Part shown: piece after piece, positions 1 to 9,414 of the stretch
Layout of the letters: every line of letters begins with the position of its first letter
How positions within the stretch are numbered: position 1 is the first letter of the stretch
Assembly: GCA_025963775.1 (NCBI GenBank)
Contig: JAOQAD010000012.1
Coordinates: 195,056 to 259,055 of the forward strand
Direction: 5' to 3'
Source: Bacteroidota bacterium
GTDB lineage: Bacteria > Bacteroidota > Bacteroidia > 2-12-FULL-35-15
Length of the DNA stretch: 64,000 nt
Translations under genes and position numbers: made by a program
Notes under the pieces: generated by a model
Told to the model about the DNA's origin: nothing
Database searches by the model: none
The model's input: only the letters and a program-made list of their open reading frames with translations

Positions 1-2
1 CC

Positions 3-524
3 AGCTTCACCTCCAACAGCTCCACCGGGAAATACCTTGTATCACTTCCTGCCGGAAGAAATTACGGGATCGCGGTGAAGAAAGAAAATTACCTGTTCCA
101 CTCCGAAAACTTCGACATTCCGAACACTGCAGCTTACCAGGAAGTGGTGAAGGATGTGGCACTGAAGAACATTGCTGTTGGAAGCAAGATCATCCTCAAG
201 AATATCTTCTTTGATTTCGACAAGGCAACACTTCGTCCCGAATCCACCAACGAGCTGGAGCGCTTAACCAAATTGCTCACCGATGTTCCTACACTGAAGA
301 TCGAGATCTCCGGCCACACCGATTCGAAAGGTGCTGATGCCTACAACAAAACATTATCGAACAACCGTGCAAAAGCAGTTGTGGATTACCTGATCACCAA
401 AGGCATTGCCGCCGACCGCCTTACTTCTGTAGGTTATGGCGAAGAACAGCCGATCGACACGAACGATACGGATGAAGGAAGGCAAATGAACAGGAGGACA
501 GAGTTTAAGATCCTCAGTAAATAA
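3..524 (+). CDS. OmpA family protein, C-terminal part (5' end lies outside the window)
   Basis: The frame is open from nt 3, with no stop before the listed GTG at 75. OmpA-like peptidoglycan-binding motifs are present (FDFDKATLRPES, ISGHTDSKGADAYNKTLSNNRAKAV, NRRTEF). Confidence 0.85.
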   Translation, partial: SFTSNSSTGKYLVSLPAGRNYGIAVKKENYLFHSENFDIPNTAAYQEVVKDVALKNIAVGSKIILKNIFFDFDKATLRPESTNELERLTKLLTDVPTLKIEISGHTDSKGADAYNKTLSNNRAKAVVDYLITKGIAADRLTSVGYGEEQPIDTNDTDEGRQMNRRTEFKILSK

Positions 525-535
525 CCTCACCCCAA

Positions 536-562
536 CCCCTCTCCAAAGGAGAGGGGCTTTTT
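536..562 (+). terminator. Rho-independent terminator after the OmpA-like gene
   Basis: cccctctcc-aaa-ggagagggg forms a 9-bp GC-rich stem followed by cttttt. The hairpin is also a copy of the CACCCC-hairpin repeat family. Confidence 0.6.
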
Positions 563-565
563 AAT

Positions 566-603
566 TCTGCTTCTCTGCGAACTCCGCGCCTCTGCGAGAA
601 AAG
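566..603. repeat. CTCTGCG-periodic repeat (copy D1)
   Basis: The sequence is ttctgcttctctgcgaactccgcgcctctgcgagaaaag, roughly three 9-nt units. Related copies lie at 10131-10189 and 52945-52975 (opposite or same orientation), with a variant at 42993-43026. Confidence 0.6.
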
Positions 604-613
604 AAAAAACATC

Positions 614-1279
614 ATGCAACGAAAAATAATCACCACCTCCGATGGCTCACACTCACTGTACGTCCCGGAGCTCAATGAACATTATCATTCCATCCACGGC
701 GCCATCCAGGAATCGAGGCATGTATTCATTGAAGCAGGATTAAAACAAGCCGCAAAAAACAATTCCGCTATCTCAGTTTTTGAAGTTGGATTCGGCACGG
801 GATTGAACGCATTGCTGACGTATCTTGAATCAGAACGTTTGGGACTGAAGATCAATTACACTTCGGTAGAAGCATTTCCGCTCGAAGAAGCGATCTTCAA
901 TGCGCTCAATTATCCTCAGGAAACCGGCGAAGGGAAGCAGGCATTTGAGCTTTTGCATTCCTCTTCATGGGAAGTAAAGAACAGCATTTCGGAAAATTTT
1001 TCATTGCTGAAATTAAAAACGAGCCTGCTGGATGTTATACTTGAAAATGACCAGTACGATCTTGTTTATTTCGATGCTTTCGGCCCGCTGGTGCAGCCTG
1101 AAATGTGGACGGATGAAATATTTTCGAAATTATATCACGCCATGAAAAAAGGCGGAGTGCTTGTGACCTATTGCTCGAAAGGCGAAGTGCAGCGCGCCAT
1201 GAAACGCGCCGGGTTTAGCGTTGAAAAGATTCCCGGCCCTCCGGGAAAACGGGAGATGGTAAGGGCAACAAAAGAATGA
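614..1279 (+). CDS. mnmD: tRNA (mnm5s2U34) methyltransferase MnmD (stand-alone MnmC methyltransferase domain)
   Basis: 221 aa. The N-terminal SLYVPELNEHYHSIHGAIQESRHVF block and the SAM-binding FEVGFGTGLN motif are typical of MnmC-N/MnmD (DUF752) proteins. Confidence 0.7.
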   Translation: MQRKIITTSDGSHSLYVPELNEHYHSIHGAIQESRHVFIEAGLKQAAKNNSAISVFEVGFGTGLNALLTYLESERLGLKINYTSVEAFPLEEAIFNALNYPQETGEGKQAFELLHSSSWEVKNSISENFSLLKLKTSLLDVILENDQYDLVYFDAFGPLVQPEMWTDEIFSKLYHAMKKGGVLVTYCSKGEVQRAMKRAGFSVEKIPGPPGKREMVRATKE

Positions 1280-1292
1280 TTTTTTGCAGCGT

Positions 1293-1480
1293 GTCATCCC
1301 GAGCTTGCCCGGGAGATCTTATTCTGTGCGGCTCTTTCGGCTCACTAAAATGACCGGTCATCCCGTGCTACGCCTGTCCCGGACTTGATCCGGGAACCGG
1401 GATCTCACTATAATCATAAGATGTGGGAATCCTGCTAACCGCAACATTGCGGAGAGATGCCGTGTCCAGCAAGGCATGAC
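1293..1480. repeat. Stack of three GTCAT...ATCTC hairpin repeats
   Basis: The copies are 1293-1318 (gtcatcccgagcttgcccgggagatc), 1357-1406 (gtcatcccgtgc...ccgggatctc) and 1454-1480 (gagatgccgtgtccagcaaggcatgac, inverted orientation). They lie in a convergent intergenic spacer. Confidence 0.7.
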
Positions 1481-1516
1481 AAAACCACGAGGGGCAGATT
1501 CGATGCAGCAGCTTCC

Positions 1517-2739
1517 TCATGGCTTCCTCACCACCACCTTCAGCGAAGGATACCTGAAATAGCATCCAGCAGAATCATTTTCCAATACACTCACCGACCC
1601 CTGCTTCTTTCCGAAATCAAGGATCAGCTCGTTTGTATTCTCCGGTCCAACCGGCACGGCATCATCCGGGTACGACCAGCTGTAAGTGGAACCTTTGTAA
1701 AAAGGAACACTGTATTTCACATGCTGCTCCGCTTCCATCACCTCCGCTTTTCCGCTGACCTTCGGCTCCGGGATCAATCCGAAATCAACCGCGGTCCAGT
1801 AGGTAGAAAAAAAATCCTCATCCACCGAAAAAGGCACCATCTTTCCTCCTTCATCCCGGCAATTTCCCGGGTTGATCATCAGCGCATGGCCGATGTTCTT
1901 CACTTCGTAATAAGTGACCACAGCCTCGTTCGCTGCATTTCTATACATGTATTTCCGGATGTTCACATTGTTGGCGAAGTCGTTCACTGTATCATCTGCC
2001 AGCGTATCGGCGCCATGCACATTTGTCCACTGCTCAATGAGCTCATACGCATTTTTGCTGTTCACAACAATATCGCGCTTTCCCTGGTAAATGATCATTT
2101 TCGGGTAAGGGCCTTTGAAAGCCGGATTGGCATCCCGTACAAAATCGCCCCATTCCTTCGGACTGCGGTTCACCCAGCCCATCATGGCGCTGGTGGTGCT
2201 GAACATATTCACGGCAGATTTATAAGCGCCGCCGGCAAAAATAGCCCCGCTGTTAAAAGTTCCGGGATAAACCGCCATCATCACCACGCCCATGGCAGCG
2301 CCAGCCGAAAGCCCGGTAATGAATACCCGGGATGAATCCACATGATATTCCTTCTCAAACTCATCGATCATCTGCTTGATGGAAGCGCATTCCCCGCGGT
2401 CACGGTCGATATCCGCAGCCCTGTACCAATCAAAGCACATAGAAGGATATTGCTGGCTTTCTGCTGCGGGTAAAGCACCCGGAAGCCGTAGGTATCCGCA
2501 AGTTTGCTCCAGCCACTTTGCTCAGAGACCAGTTGTGCCGACTGCGAACAGCCATGCAGCACAACGACCAGTGGGCACTTGTCATCCTTTGCCAGCGTAG
2601 CGGGAGAATATACATACATGCTGAGGTTGCCGGGATTGGCCCCGAAATAGGCAACTTCGGTTACCGCAGGCTGGGAAAAAAGGGCAAGCCCGGCCAGCAT
2701 AAGCAGGGAAAGCAGGATTATTTTCAGGAAGCCGTTCAC
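1517..2739 (-). pseudogene. PHB-depolymerase-family esterase (alpha/beta hydrolase), frameshifted
   Basis: The N-terminal ORF 2368..2739 has a signal peptide and PLVVVLHGCSQSA...YPQQKASN. The C-terminal ORF 1517..2440 has MCFDWYRA...ITGLSAGAAM. The two are collinear parts of one esterase in different frames, and the frame switch maps to about 2430-2450. Confidence 0.7.
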
Positions 2740-2789
2740 AAGGAGATAAATTGGGTTTGGTTACCGGTAAATTTATATAATTTTGTGCT

Positions 2790-3239
2790 ATGGCTGCAAA
2801 ACATTTTAATGTGCGCGTTTATGGGGTACTGATCGAGAAAGGCCATGTTTTGGTATGTGATGAGCTGATCAAAGGGCACGAAATCACGAAATTTCCGGGT
2901 GGCGGCCTGGAACACGGGGAAGGCACGATCGATTGCCTGAAACGGGAATTTGTGGAAGAAACGGGACATGCCGTGGAGGTAACAGAGCATTTTTACACGA
3001 CGGACTTTTACCAGAAATCGGCTTACAATCCCAATCACCAAATCCTCAGCATTTACTATCTGGTAAAGCCTCTCGAGGGTTTTATGGTGAAAAGCACCGA
3101 TAAGATCTTCGACTTTGTAAATAAAACGGATTATGCCCAAACCTTCCGCTGGATCGACGTCAAAAAGATAAGCGGCGTGGATTTTACCCTGCCGATCGAT
3201 AAAAAAGTGGGAGAACTGATAAAAGAAAGATTTAGTTAA
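2790..3239 (+). CDS. NUDIX hydrolase
   Basis: Nudix box GGGLEHGEGTIDCLKREFVEETG. Confidence 0.8.
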   Translation: MAAKHFNVRVYGVLIEKGHVLVCDELIKGHEITKFPGGGLEHGEGTIDCLKREFVEETGHAVEVTEHFYTTDFYQKSAYNPNHQILSIYYLVKPLEGFMVKSTDKIFDFVNKTDYAQTFRWIDVKKISGVDFTLPIDKKVGELIKERFS

Positions 3240-3627
3240 GTCGCTGCGGGACGATCAGCTCGAATTCCGGGATGTTCACATAGAAACGGGCTTTGTCGAT
3301 CTTGCGCTCCATCATGTACGTTCCGCGCATCTTCCCGATATCCGTGGTAAGGCTGCAGGCCGATTCGTATTCAAACACTTCTCCCGGCTCTAAAACAGGC
3401 TGTTCGCCTACAACTCCTTCTCCGTCAACTTCACTGTGCTCGCTGGAAGAATCGTAAATGTCCCAGTGGCGGGATAACAGCTGGACTGTAAACTCGCTTT
3501 TATTCTCGATGGTGATCCTGTAGCTGAATAAAAAATGACGGTGTTCAGCTACGGAATGTTCGCTTTGAAACTTTGTTTCAACGCTGATCCGGATCCCGTG
3601 AGTTACCTCTGTTGCTTGTGTTCCCAT
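3232..3627 (-). CDS. apaG: ApaG (DUF525) protein
   Basis: 131 aa. GIRISVETKF...FLFSYRITIENKS...QLLSRHWDIYD...GEGVVGEQPVLEPGE is the ApaG signature. Confidence 0.85.
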   Translation of the reverse strand: MGTQATEVTHGIRISVETKFQSEHSVAEHRHFLFSYRITIENKSEFTVQLLSRHWDIYDSSSEHSEVDGEGVVGEQPVLEPGEVFEYESACSLTTDIGKMRGTYMMERKIDKARFYVNIPEFELIVPQRLN

Positions 3628-3755
3628 AACATTAACGTTTTAAATGTTTGGTGTTAGTTTCTACAATATTAAACATTTACATACCAGATTAACAAGTTTC
3701 AAGCCAAAAGGTTTTTAACAGCGTCCCCGGGTAAAACGGGTAAAATGGCACCTGA

Positions 3756-5129
3756 TCAATAATCCCGGAGGGAATTCAACCTTTTCACCCCGATCAGCTG
3801 GTCGTAAAAGGTTCCCTGCTGGCGGTGGTAAACATAGATCATGTAATCGTTCTCCGTTTCGTAATGTGAGCCTTCTATGAGCGTTTCATCCGCCACCGTT
3901 GAGCCATCCTTCATGAACACATATTCGTAATTGTAAAGTCCCTGCTTCAGGTACAGTGTGCATTCGTAACCGAGGCGGCTCTTGTTGTAATACATCAGGT
4001 TTTCCTTGTTGCATCTCCAGTCGTTGAAAGCGCCGAACACATATAAATTTCCTTCAAGTACCGGATCGGTAAAGGGAACGAAGAACTTTACAAAACAGTA
4101 ATCAGCCTCCACTTCGCTGTTATTTCCTTCCTGCACCTTGATGAAATAATTCCCGTTCATTTCAGTATACGTAGAATAGCGCTTATAGGATCTCTTTTCA
4201 TCCGTATAAAGATCAACATGATTGCCGAGCGAATCGATTTTCACGGAATACACAAACTCGGAATGAAAGCGCAGGCTCTTGATATCGAAATAACGGAACT
4301 CATTTCCACCGGGGAAAACATTGAGGTCATCGTTATCATACACCAGTTCATTGTCTTTTACGAACTGAGGCTTGAAGCCTGTTTTTTTATTATCCCAGCG
4401 GTTGTTCTGCGTCATCACGATCGTGAGGTCGTTGTACGGATTTTTAATGTCGTACCCGGTATGGTCGATCGTAAAATCCAGCTCCTGCCTGTAATTCCGC
4501 TCTTCGATGATGCTCGCCTGTGTTACTCTTGAAATGATGTTCAGCCTGTTCTGGTGGATCATGAATCGCCTTGTAAGCACAAGATTATCGGGGTTTGCAT
4601 CGGCATACACTTTCAGGATGTAATTTCCCGATTTGGTGATGCGCATGCTGTTGTTCGGAAAGGTGGCGCTGTAATGCGTGAATTTCTGCAGCGTATTGAA
4701 GGAATAGCGGTAATCGTTGATGTTGTTATCGGCAAAGCCATCGATGTACTCCGCGGGAACAAGATCGGAAGGCTCCCAGTTGGCATTGCAGTGAATGATG
4801 GTGTACGAATAGCTTTTCAGATCGGCATCCAGGTCGTCGAAGGCCAGTTTCAGCTTTTCCGTTGATCCTAATGCAAGCAGCGGCTGGCTCAGCTCAAAGC
4901 TTTCGTCATAGAGCTGTACGGATTTAATATTGGACTTGTAGACGTAATTTTCGTAGCGGATGGAATTGTCGCCGTAGTAATCATCGGTCACTGTATCGGT
5001 AGCCGACTCCAGCATTGTTTTCCATTTGCTTTTCTTCTTTTCCTTCTGCGAGAATGCATTTCCGGAAACAGCAAGGAACAGCAGCACAGGCAGCAAATAA
5101 CGGAAAGGAAGTTTAGTAAGCTGGATCAT
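3756..5129 (-). CDS. Secreted DUF5103-like protein (T9SS plug-type family) with C-terminal AMPK-beta/CBM-like domain
   Basis: Has a signal peptide. The YENYVYKSNIKSVQLY block and the C-terminal LYVFGAFNDW...YEYVF glycogen-binding-like motif resemble DUF5103 proteins as I recall them. The family assignment is from memory. Confidence 0.45.
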   Translation of the reverse strand: MIQLTKLPFRYLLPVLLFLAVSGNAFSQKEKKKSKWKTMLESATDTVTDDYYGDNSIRYENYVYKSNIKSVQLYDESFELSQPLLALGSTEKLKLAFDDLDADLKSYSYTIIHCNANWEPSDLVPAEYIDGFADNNINDYRYSFNTLQKFTHYSATFPNNSMRITKSGNYILKVYADANPDNLVLTRRFMIHQNRLNIISRVTQASIIEERNYRQELDFTIDHTGYDIKNPYNDLTIVMTQNNRWDNKKTGFKPQFVKDNELVYDNDDLNVFPGGNEFRYFDIKSLRFHSEFVYSVKIDSLGNHVDLYTDEKRSYKRYSTYTEMNGNYFIKVQEGNNSEVEADYCFVKFFVPFTDPVLEGNLYVFGAFNDWRCNKENLMYYNKSRLGYECTLYLKQGLYNYEYVFMKDGSTVADETLIEGSHYETENDYMIYVYHRQQGTFYDQLIGVKRLNSLRDY

Positions 5130-5146
5130 TCAATGTATAATAACAG

Positions 5147-5845
5147 TTATTGTGCCGGATTATTGCAGTACACCACGCTGTTTGCAAAGTACCAGATGTT
5201 GTTGGTGGCAATGTGGTTGTTGATCTCCAGCTCCGAATAGTGGATCCGGTCGCCTTTGATCGCCGCAATATTAAGATCGATACGGTAGCCGATGATGAAC
5301 ATCAGGCCGATCCCGATAATGTGAAATGTCCTCAGCCTTTTGTTTTCAAGGGGGTACGAAAAATTGGTGATGTATTTCCTGTAAAAGCGGATGCCGATGT
5401 ATGAGAACAATCCTGCAAATGCAAAAAGCAGGAGCACTGACCAAAGCGAAAAAAAAGAGAGCGCGTGGTCTGGATCAAACAACTGTTTCAGCATGCTGAA
5501 GCTGAGCAGCTCGGCCCATTCTCCATACATTTTTATATTGGTGACGCTCAGCAGCGATGTTAAAATGATCAGCCCGAAGTTATAGGCAAGGTTCAGGCGG
5601 TGAATAAACCTTGTTTTGTAAAACTGCTGGGAGATCCAGAGCAGGAAAGGAATAAAGGCCATAACACATGCTACGGAAATATCCACCGGCAGCGCATAAT
5701 AAAAGCCCAGTCCTGTTTCCGAATGCCCGTTATCAGGAATTCTTGCGTGCTGGTAGATGATGAATAAAACACGGAATGATACAAAGAAGACCAGCCAGAA
5801 AATGATCAGCCTGAGCACATACGGTATCTTTAAATTCAGGTTCAT
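5147..5845 (-). CDS. Polytopic membrane protein (resembles the N-terminal TM module of LTA-synthase/sulfatase family proteins, without the catalytic domain)
   Basis: 232 aa with 5-6 hydrophobic helices. Packed tightly (3 nt and 17 nt gaps) in a minus-strand gene string. Confidence 0.5.
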   Translation of the reverse strand: MNLNLKIPYVLRLIIFWLVFFVSFRVLFIIYQHARIPDNGHSETGLGFYYALPVDISVACVMAFIPFLLWISQQFYKTRFIHRLNLAYNFGLIILTSLLSVTNIKMYGEWAELLSFSMLKQLFDPDHALSFFSLWSVLLLFAFAGLFSYIGIRFYRKYITNFSYPLENKRLRTFHIIGIGLMFIIGYRIDLNIAAIKGDRIHYSELEINNHIATNNIWYFANSVVYCNNPAQ

Positions 5846-5848
5846 TTT

Positions 5849-6586
5849 TTATCGAAGATATAATTGTCCCGTTCCATTCTGTTCTTTCTGTACGGAAGGC
5901 GGTGCGCCGTAGCAGAAGATATCGCCCTTTTCATCAAGCCGGCAGATCAGCAGGCTGCTTGCACGAATATAACTGATGCCAAGGGTAAAGGTATGAATAT
6001 AAGTATAGGTCGTTTGCAGTTCCTGTGCATAAATGTAGGCCGTGCCGCCAATGCTGATGTCGTGCTCGCTTGTGATCCCGTGCAGGGTTACATCTCCCGA
6101 GCCGTGCATGTGTGTGAGCACCCGCAGGTTGTTCACCGTCAGCTCCACATTTCCGGAGTTCTTGGTCTGCACATCCAGCGTATCCGTGGTGATGGTGTTC
6201 AGGGATTTTATATCGCCGGTACCATCCGAAGTAATGAACGTGATCTTCGGCATACGGATATAAACGTTCAAAGGTTTTTTGTAGCTGCGGCTCCAGTTGC
6301 ACCTGTTCTTGTTGCGGATAAAAAGGGTTCCGTTCATTACTTCCGTTTTAATGAGCGGTGCAATGTTCTCCCCTGCTTCAACGGTGACTTCGGTAACGGA
6401 ATCTTCAGTAATAAAAACATTGAGGTTGTTCTCCACGAGGATCTTATCAAACTCTCCCGGGTGGCGCACATCCTTAATGATCTCTCCCGTGCGCTTGATG
6501 CAATCGCAGCGGTTCTCCTTTTTGCAGGAGCTGAACAGCAGCGGCAACAGGAGCAGGAGAGTGCTGATGTATTTTATCTTTTTCAT
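5849..6586 (-). CDS. DUF2807 / head GIN domain lipoprotein
   Basis: The start is moved to MKKIKYISTLLLLLPLLFSSC (lipobox). The repetitive beta-solenoid-like body (SGDVTLHG, GSGNVELT) is typical of DUF2807. Confidence 0.65.
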   Translation of the reverse strand: MKKIKYISTLLLLLPLLFSSCKKENRCDCIKRTGEIIKDVRHPGEFDKILVENNLNVFITEDSVTEVTVEAGENIAPLIKTEVMNGTLFIRNKNRCNWSRSYKKPLNVYIRMPKITFITSDGTGDIKSLNTITTDTLDVQTKNSGNVELTVNNLRVLTHMHGSGDVTLHGITSEHDISIGGTAYIYAQELQTTYTYIHTFTLGISYIRASSLLICRLDEKGDIFCYGAPPSVQKEQNGTGQLYLR

Positions 6587-6591
6587 GTTGC

Positions 6592-7731
6592 TCATAATAC
6601 GTAGCCTATCCCCCATTCAAAATAATCGGCGCGTGCCCAGTGTGTGAGCAGCGTAATGTTTGCGATCACATGCTTTGTGACCATGAAGCGGACCCCGATG
6701 CGGTGGAACATGGTTCCGTAAGCAGGCTGTTTTTTGTACAGGTAATAGCCGAATTCAACCGGGAGGGAAACGCGGTTGAATACAAATTCATAACAAAGCT
6801 TCGCGCCTACTGTAGTGATGTCCTTGTAGGTTGTATTGTAAATGGAATCATTCTCGTAGATCCTTCTTGTTGCGTTGTTATAGCCCAGTTCAATTCCCGG
6901 CCCCAGCCTGTTCTTACGGTTAAGTGTGCGGTACACATTCAGCTCCGCCCCGAATGCAAGGTATTTAGGGCCATCCGGCTGTTCCAGCTCACGCACGCCA
7001 ACCAGGCCGATCAGCACAGGCACCCATTTATTTTTAAACTTTTGAACGGAATCTTTTTTGTAGACCAGCTCCTTGTTCCCGAAGGCATAGCCTAATCCCA
7101 TGCTGACCGTCGCCATGTTGAGGCCAAGGTTCGGCGTGGCAATGGCGCCGTTGGAAGCATGTGTAAGCCCAACGCCTGCATCCAGCCTCCATGATTTGGA
7201 AAGCATGAAGGCATAAGCTAAGCGCAGGTTCACAAACCCGTTCATGTGCGAGCCGATCGCATTGTTTTTATTGTTCGTAGTGCGGTTAAAAGGTTTGGTG
7301 ACCCAGGCCAGTCCGACACCGAGCCGTAAATTGAGCTTCCAGCTTTTGTTTGATCTGTTCAGCCGGATATTGGTATACGGATAAAACGCCTCCATTGTCC
7401 CCAGCTGCTTCGGGTTGGCAAGGTACAGGTGCAGCGCACAAAAGCCCAGCTCCGGGTATTTGTAATACTGGTGCCAGCTTTTGGTGCCGGTGGTGCGGAA
7501 CACATAGCTGAGCTCCCCTCCGTAAATATGCCCTTTGATAAGATGAGAGATGTTGTTCCGGTGACTGATGATGTATCCGTAATGTCCCTGGCCGGAAAGA
7601 ATGAAATCACGGGTAGGCGAAACCTGTCCTTTCAGCGGTATGGAAAAATACAGCATAAAGAGAAAAGCAAACAGCCGCGAAAAAGATCTTATCGTGTATT
7701 TATGATCCATATTCATTCCTGGTTCTGGCAC
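6592..7731 (-). CDS. Acyloxyacyl hydrolase / lipid A deacylase (PagL-like) outer-membrane protein
   Basis: Has an N-terminal signal. The GHYGYIISHRNNISHLIKGHIYGGELSY block and the beta-barrel-like alternating pattern match the Bacteroidota acyloxyacyl hydrolase family as I recall it. The start may instead be at 7716 or 7710. Confidence 0.5.
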   Translation of the reverse strand: MPEPGMNMDHKYTIRSFSRLFAFLFMLYFSIPLKGQVSPTRDFILSGQGHYGYIISHRNNISHLIKGHIYGGELSYVFRTTGTKSWHQYYKYPELGFCALHLYLANPKQLGTMEAFYPYTNIRLNRSNKSWKLNLRLGVGLAWVTKPFNRTTNNKNNAIGSHMNGFVNLRLAYAFMLSKSWRLDAGVGLTHASNGAIATPNLGLNMATVSMGLGYAFGNKELVYKKDSVQKFKNKWVPVLIGLVGVRELEQPDGPKYLAFGAELNVYRTLNRKNRLGPGIELGYNNATRRIYENDSIYNTTYKDITTVGAKLCYEFVFNRVSLPVEFGYYLYKKQPAYGTMFHRIGVRFMVTKHVIANITLLTHWARADYFEWGIGYVL

Positions 7732-7783
7732 ACAAAAATATTAAAAATATCGGCTTGGAAGCTGTATTTTATTTGAGATGCTT

Positions 7784-7791
7784 TACATTTG
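7784..7791 (+). promoter_or_regulatory. Bacteroidota-type -7 promoter box (TAcaTTTG) upstream of mazG
   Basis: Exact match to the TAnnTTTG consensus, 31 nt before the ATG at 7822. Confidence 0.45.
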
Positions 7792-7821
7792 CAATACCGC
7801 TAAAATAAAGAGATTTAACAA

Positions 7822-8589
7822 ATGGATGAAAAATTAAAAGCTTTCGAACGCTTACTCATAATCATGGATGAATTAAGGGAACAATGTCCCTGGGATAAAA
7901 AGCAAACTTTCGAAAGCCTGCGGCATCTGACCATTGAAGAAACCTACGAGCTGGCGGATGCGATCCTTGATAAGGACATGAACAACATCAAAAAAGAGCT
8001 GGGCGATGTATTGCTTCATATTGTTTTTTATGCGCGGATGGGATCGGAAACCAACACTTTCAACATTGCCGATGTGATCAATTCGCTTTGCGACAAACTC
8101 ATCCACCGCCATCCGCATATTTATGGCGATGTAAAGGTGGAGAACGAGGAGCAGGTGAAGGAGAACTGGGAAAAGTTGAAATTAAAGGAAGGCAGCAAAT
8201 CGGTGCTGGCTGGCGTTCCTGCCTCACTGCCTTCATTGGTGAAGGCTTCACGTATCCAGGAAAAGGCACGTGCTGTGGGATTCGACTGGGAAAAGCCGGA
8301 GCAGGTCTGGGAAAAAGTGCAGGAAGAGCTTGACGAGTTCAAACACGAGGTGGATAACAATTCCTCCCATGAAAAAATGGAAGCAGAATTCGGCGATGTG
8401 TTGTTTTCACTGATCAATTACGGGCGCTTTAAAGGCATCAACCCCGAGGATGCACTCGAACGCACCAATAAAAAATTCATCAAGCGCTTTCAGTACCTGG
8501 AAGCAGAAGCGCTGAAAGCCGGAAAAGAACTGAGCGACATGACGCTGGCCGAGATGGATGTGTACTGGAATAAGGCGAAGGAGCTGTAA
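7822..8589 (+). CDS. mazG: Nucleoside triphosphate pyrophosphohydrolase MazG
   Basis: 255 aa with a tandem MazG fold. Motifs include LREQCPWDKKQT, EETYELADAI and EFGDVLFSLINY. Confidence 0.9.
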   Translation: MDEKLKAFERLLIIMDELREQCPWDKKQTFESLRHLTIEETYELADAILDKDMNNIKKELGDVLLHIVFYARMGSETNTFNIADVINSLCDKLIHRHPHIYGDVKVENEEQVKENWEKLKLKEGSKSVLAGVPASLPSLVKASRIQEKARAVGFDWEKPEQVWEKVQEELDEFKHEVDNNSSHEKMEAEFGDVLFSLINYGRFKGINPEDALERTNKKFIKRFQYLEAEALKAGKELSDMTLAEMDVYWNKAKEL

Positions 8590-9173
8590 TGAATTTCCTC
8601 TCCCACCTTTTTCTCTCCGGCGATTCTGAAGGCCTGCTCATCGGGAACTTCATTGCCGACTCGGTGAAAGGAAGCGATTATAAAAACTATTCTCCCGAAA
8701 TACAGGAAGGCATCCTGCTTCATCGCAAGATCGATACATTTACCGATACACACCCGGTTGTGGAAGAAAGCAAACAGCGGCTGCGGCCCGCATACAGGAA
8801 ATATGCAAGCGTGATCGTGGATGTGTATTATGATCATTACCTCGCTGCCAACTGGCATCAGTATTCCAATGAAACATTAAGTGAGTACGTCCGGAAGATC
8901 TATTCCTTGATCCAACGCAATGAAGAATTATTGCCCCTGAAATCGGCACATTTCACCAAATACATGGTCCGCTATAATATTCTTGAGGCCTATGCAAAGC
9001 TCGAAGGGATCGACCGTGTATTGCAGGGAATGGCGGGCAGGGCAAAATTCCAGTCGAACATGGAGCTTGCCATCAAAGACCTTGAAGAGCATTATTCCCT
9101 GTTTGAAAATGAGTTCAAACGCTTTTTCCCGGAGCTTCAGAAATTTGTTAACGCAGAGATCGGGATTCGATAA
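8589..9173 (+). CDS. acpH: Acyl carrier protein phosphodiesterase
   Basis: The N-terminus MNFLSHLFLSGDSEGLLIGNFIADSVKG and LHRKIDTFTDTHP match AcpH. The start shares one nt with the mazG stop (TAATG). Confidence 0.75.
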   Translation: MNFLSHLFLSGDSEGLLIGNFIADSVKGSDYKNYSPEIQEGILLHRKIDTFTDTHPVVEESKQRLRPAYRKYASVIVDVYYDHYLAANWHQYSNETLSEYVRKIYSLIQRNEELLPLKSAHFTKYMVRYNILEAYAKLEGIDRVLQGMAGRAKFQSNMELAIKDLEEHYSLFENEFKRFFPELQKFVNAEIGIR

Positions 9174-9414
9174 TCTTAGCTTCATTTTCAGATAACCGCC
9201 AAGGCTCATCTTTACCCTTTTGAAAAATACATTGCTGAAATTTTGCGCTACCAGGGCTATCAGAAGTCCTATATGATCTAAAAAGTTCCGACCTTAGCAA
9301 AGTGATAACGTGCAACACCATCAGTCACGAAACAAATGCAATAGATATCAGTGGAATGCTAATCCTGCAGTTACAGAATGTGATGGAAAAATAATGACAT
9401 AAACACAAAGCAGC

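Noticed and set aside
5147-5845. Whether the 232-aa membrane protein is a truncated LTA synthase pseudogene.
   Set aside because: I saw no remnant of a sulfatase-type catalytic domain in any frame downstream. The next gene starts 17 nt away and is unrelated, so I kept it as an intact stand-alone membrane protein.
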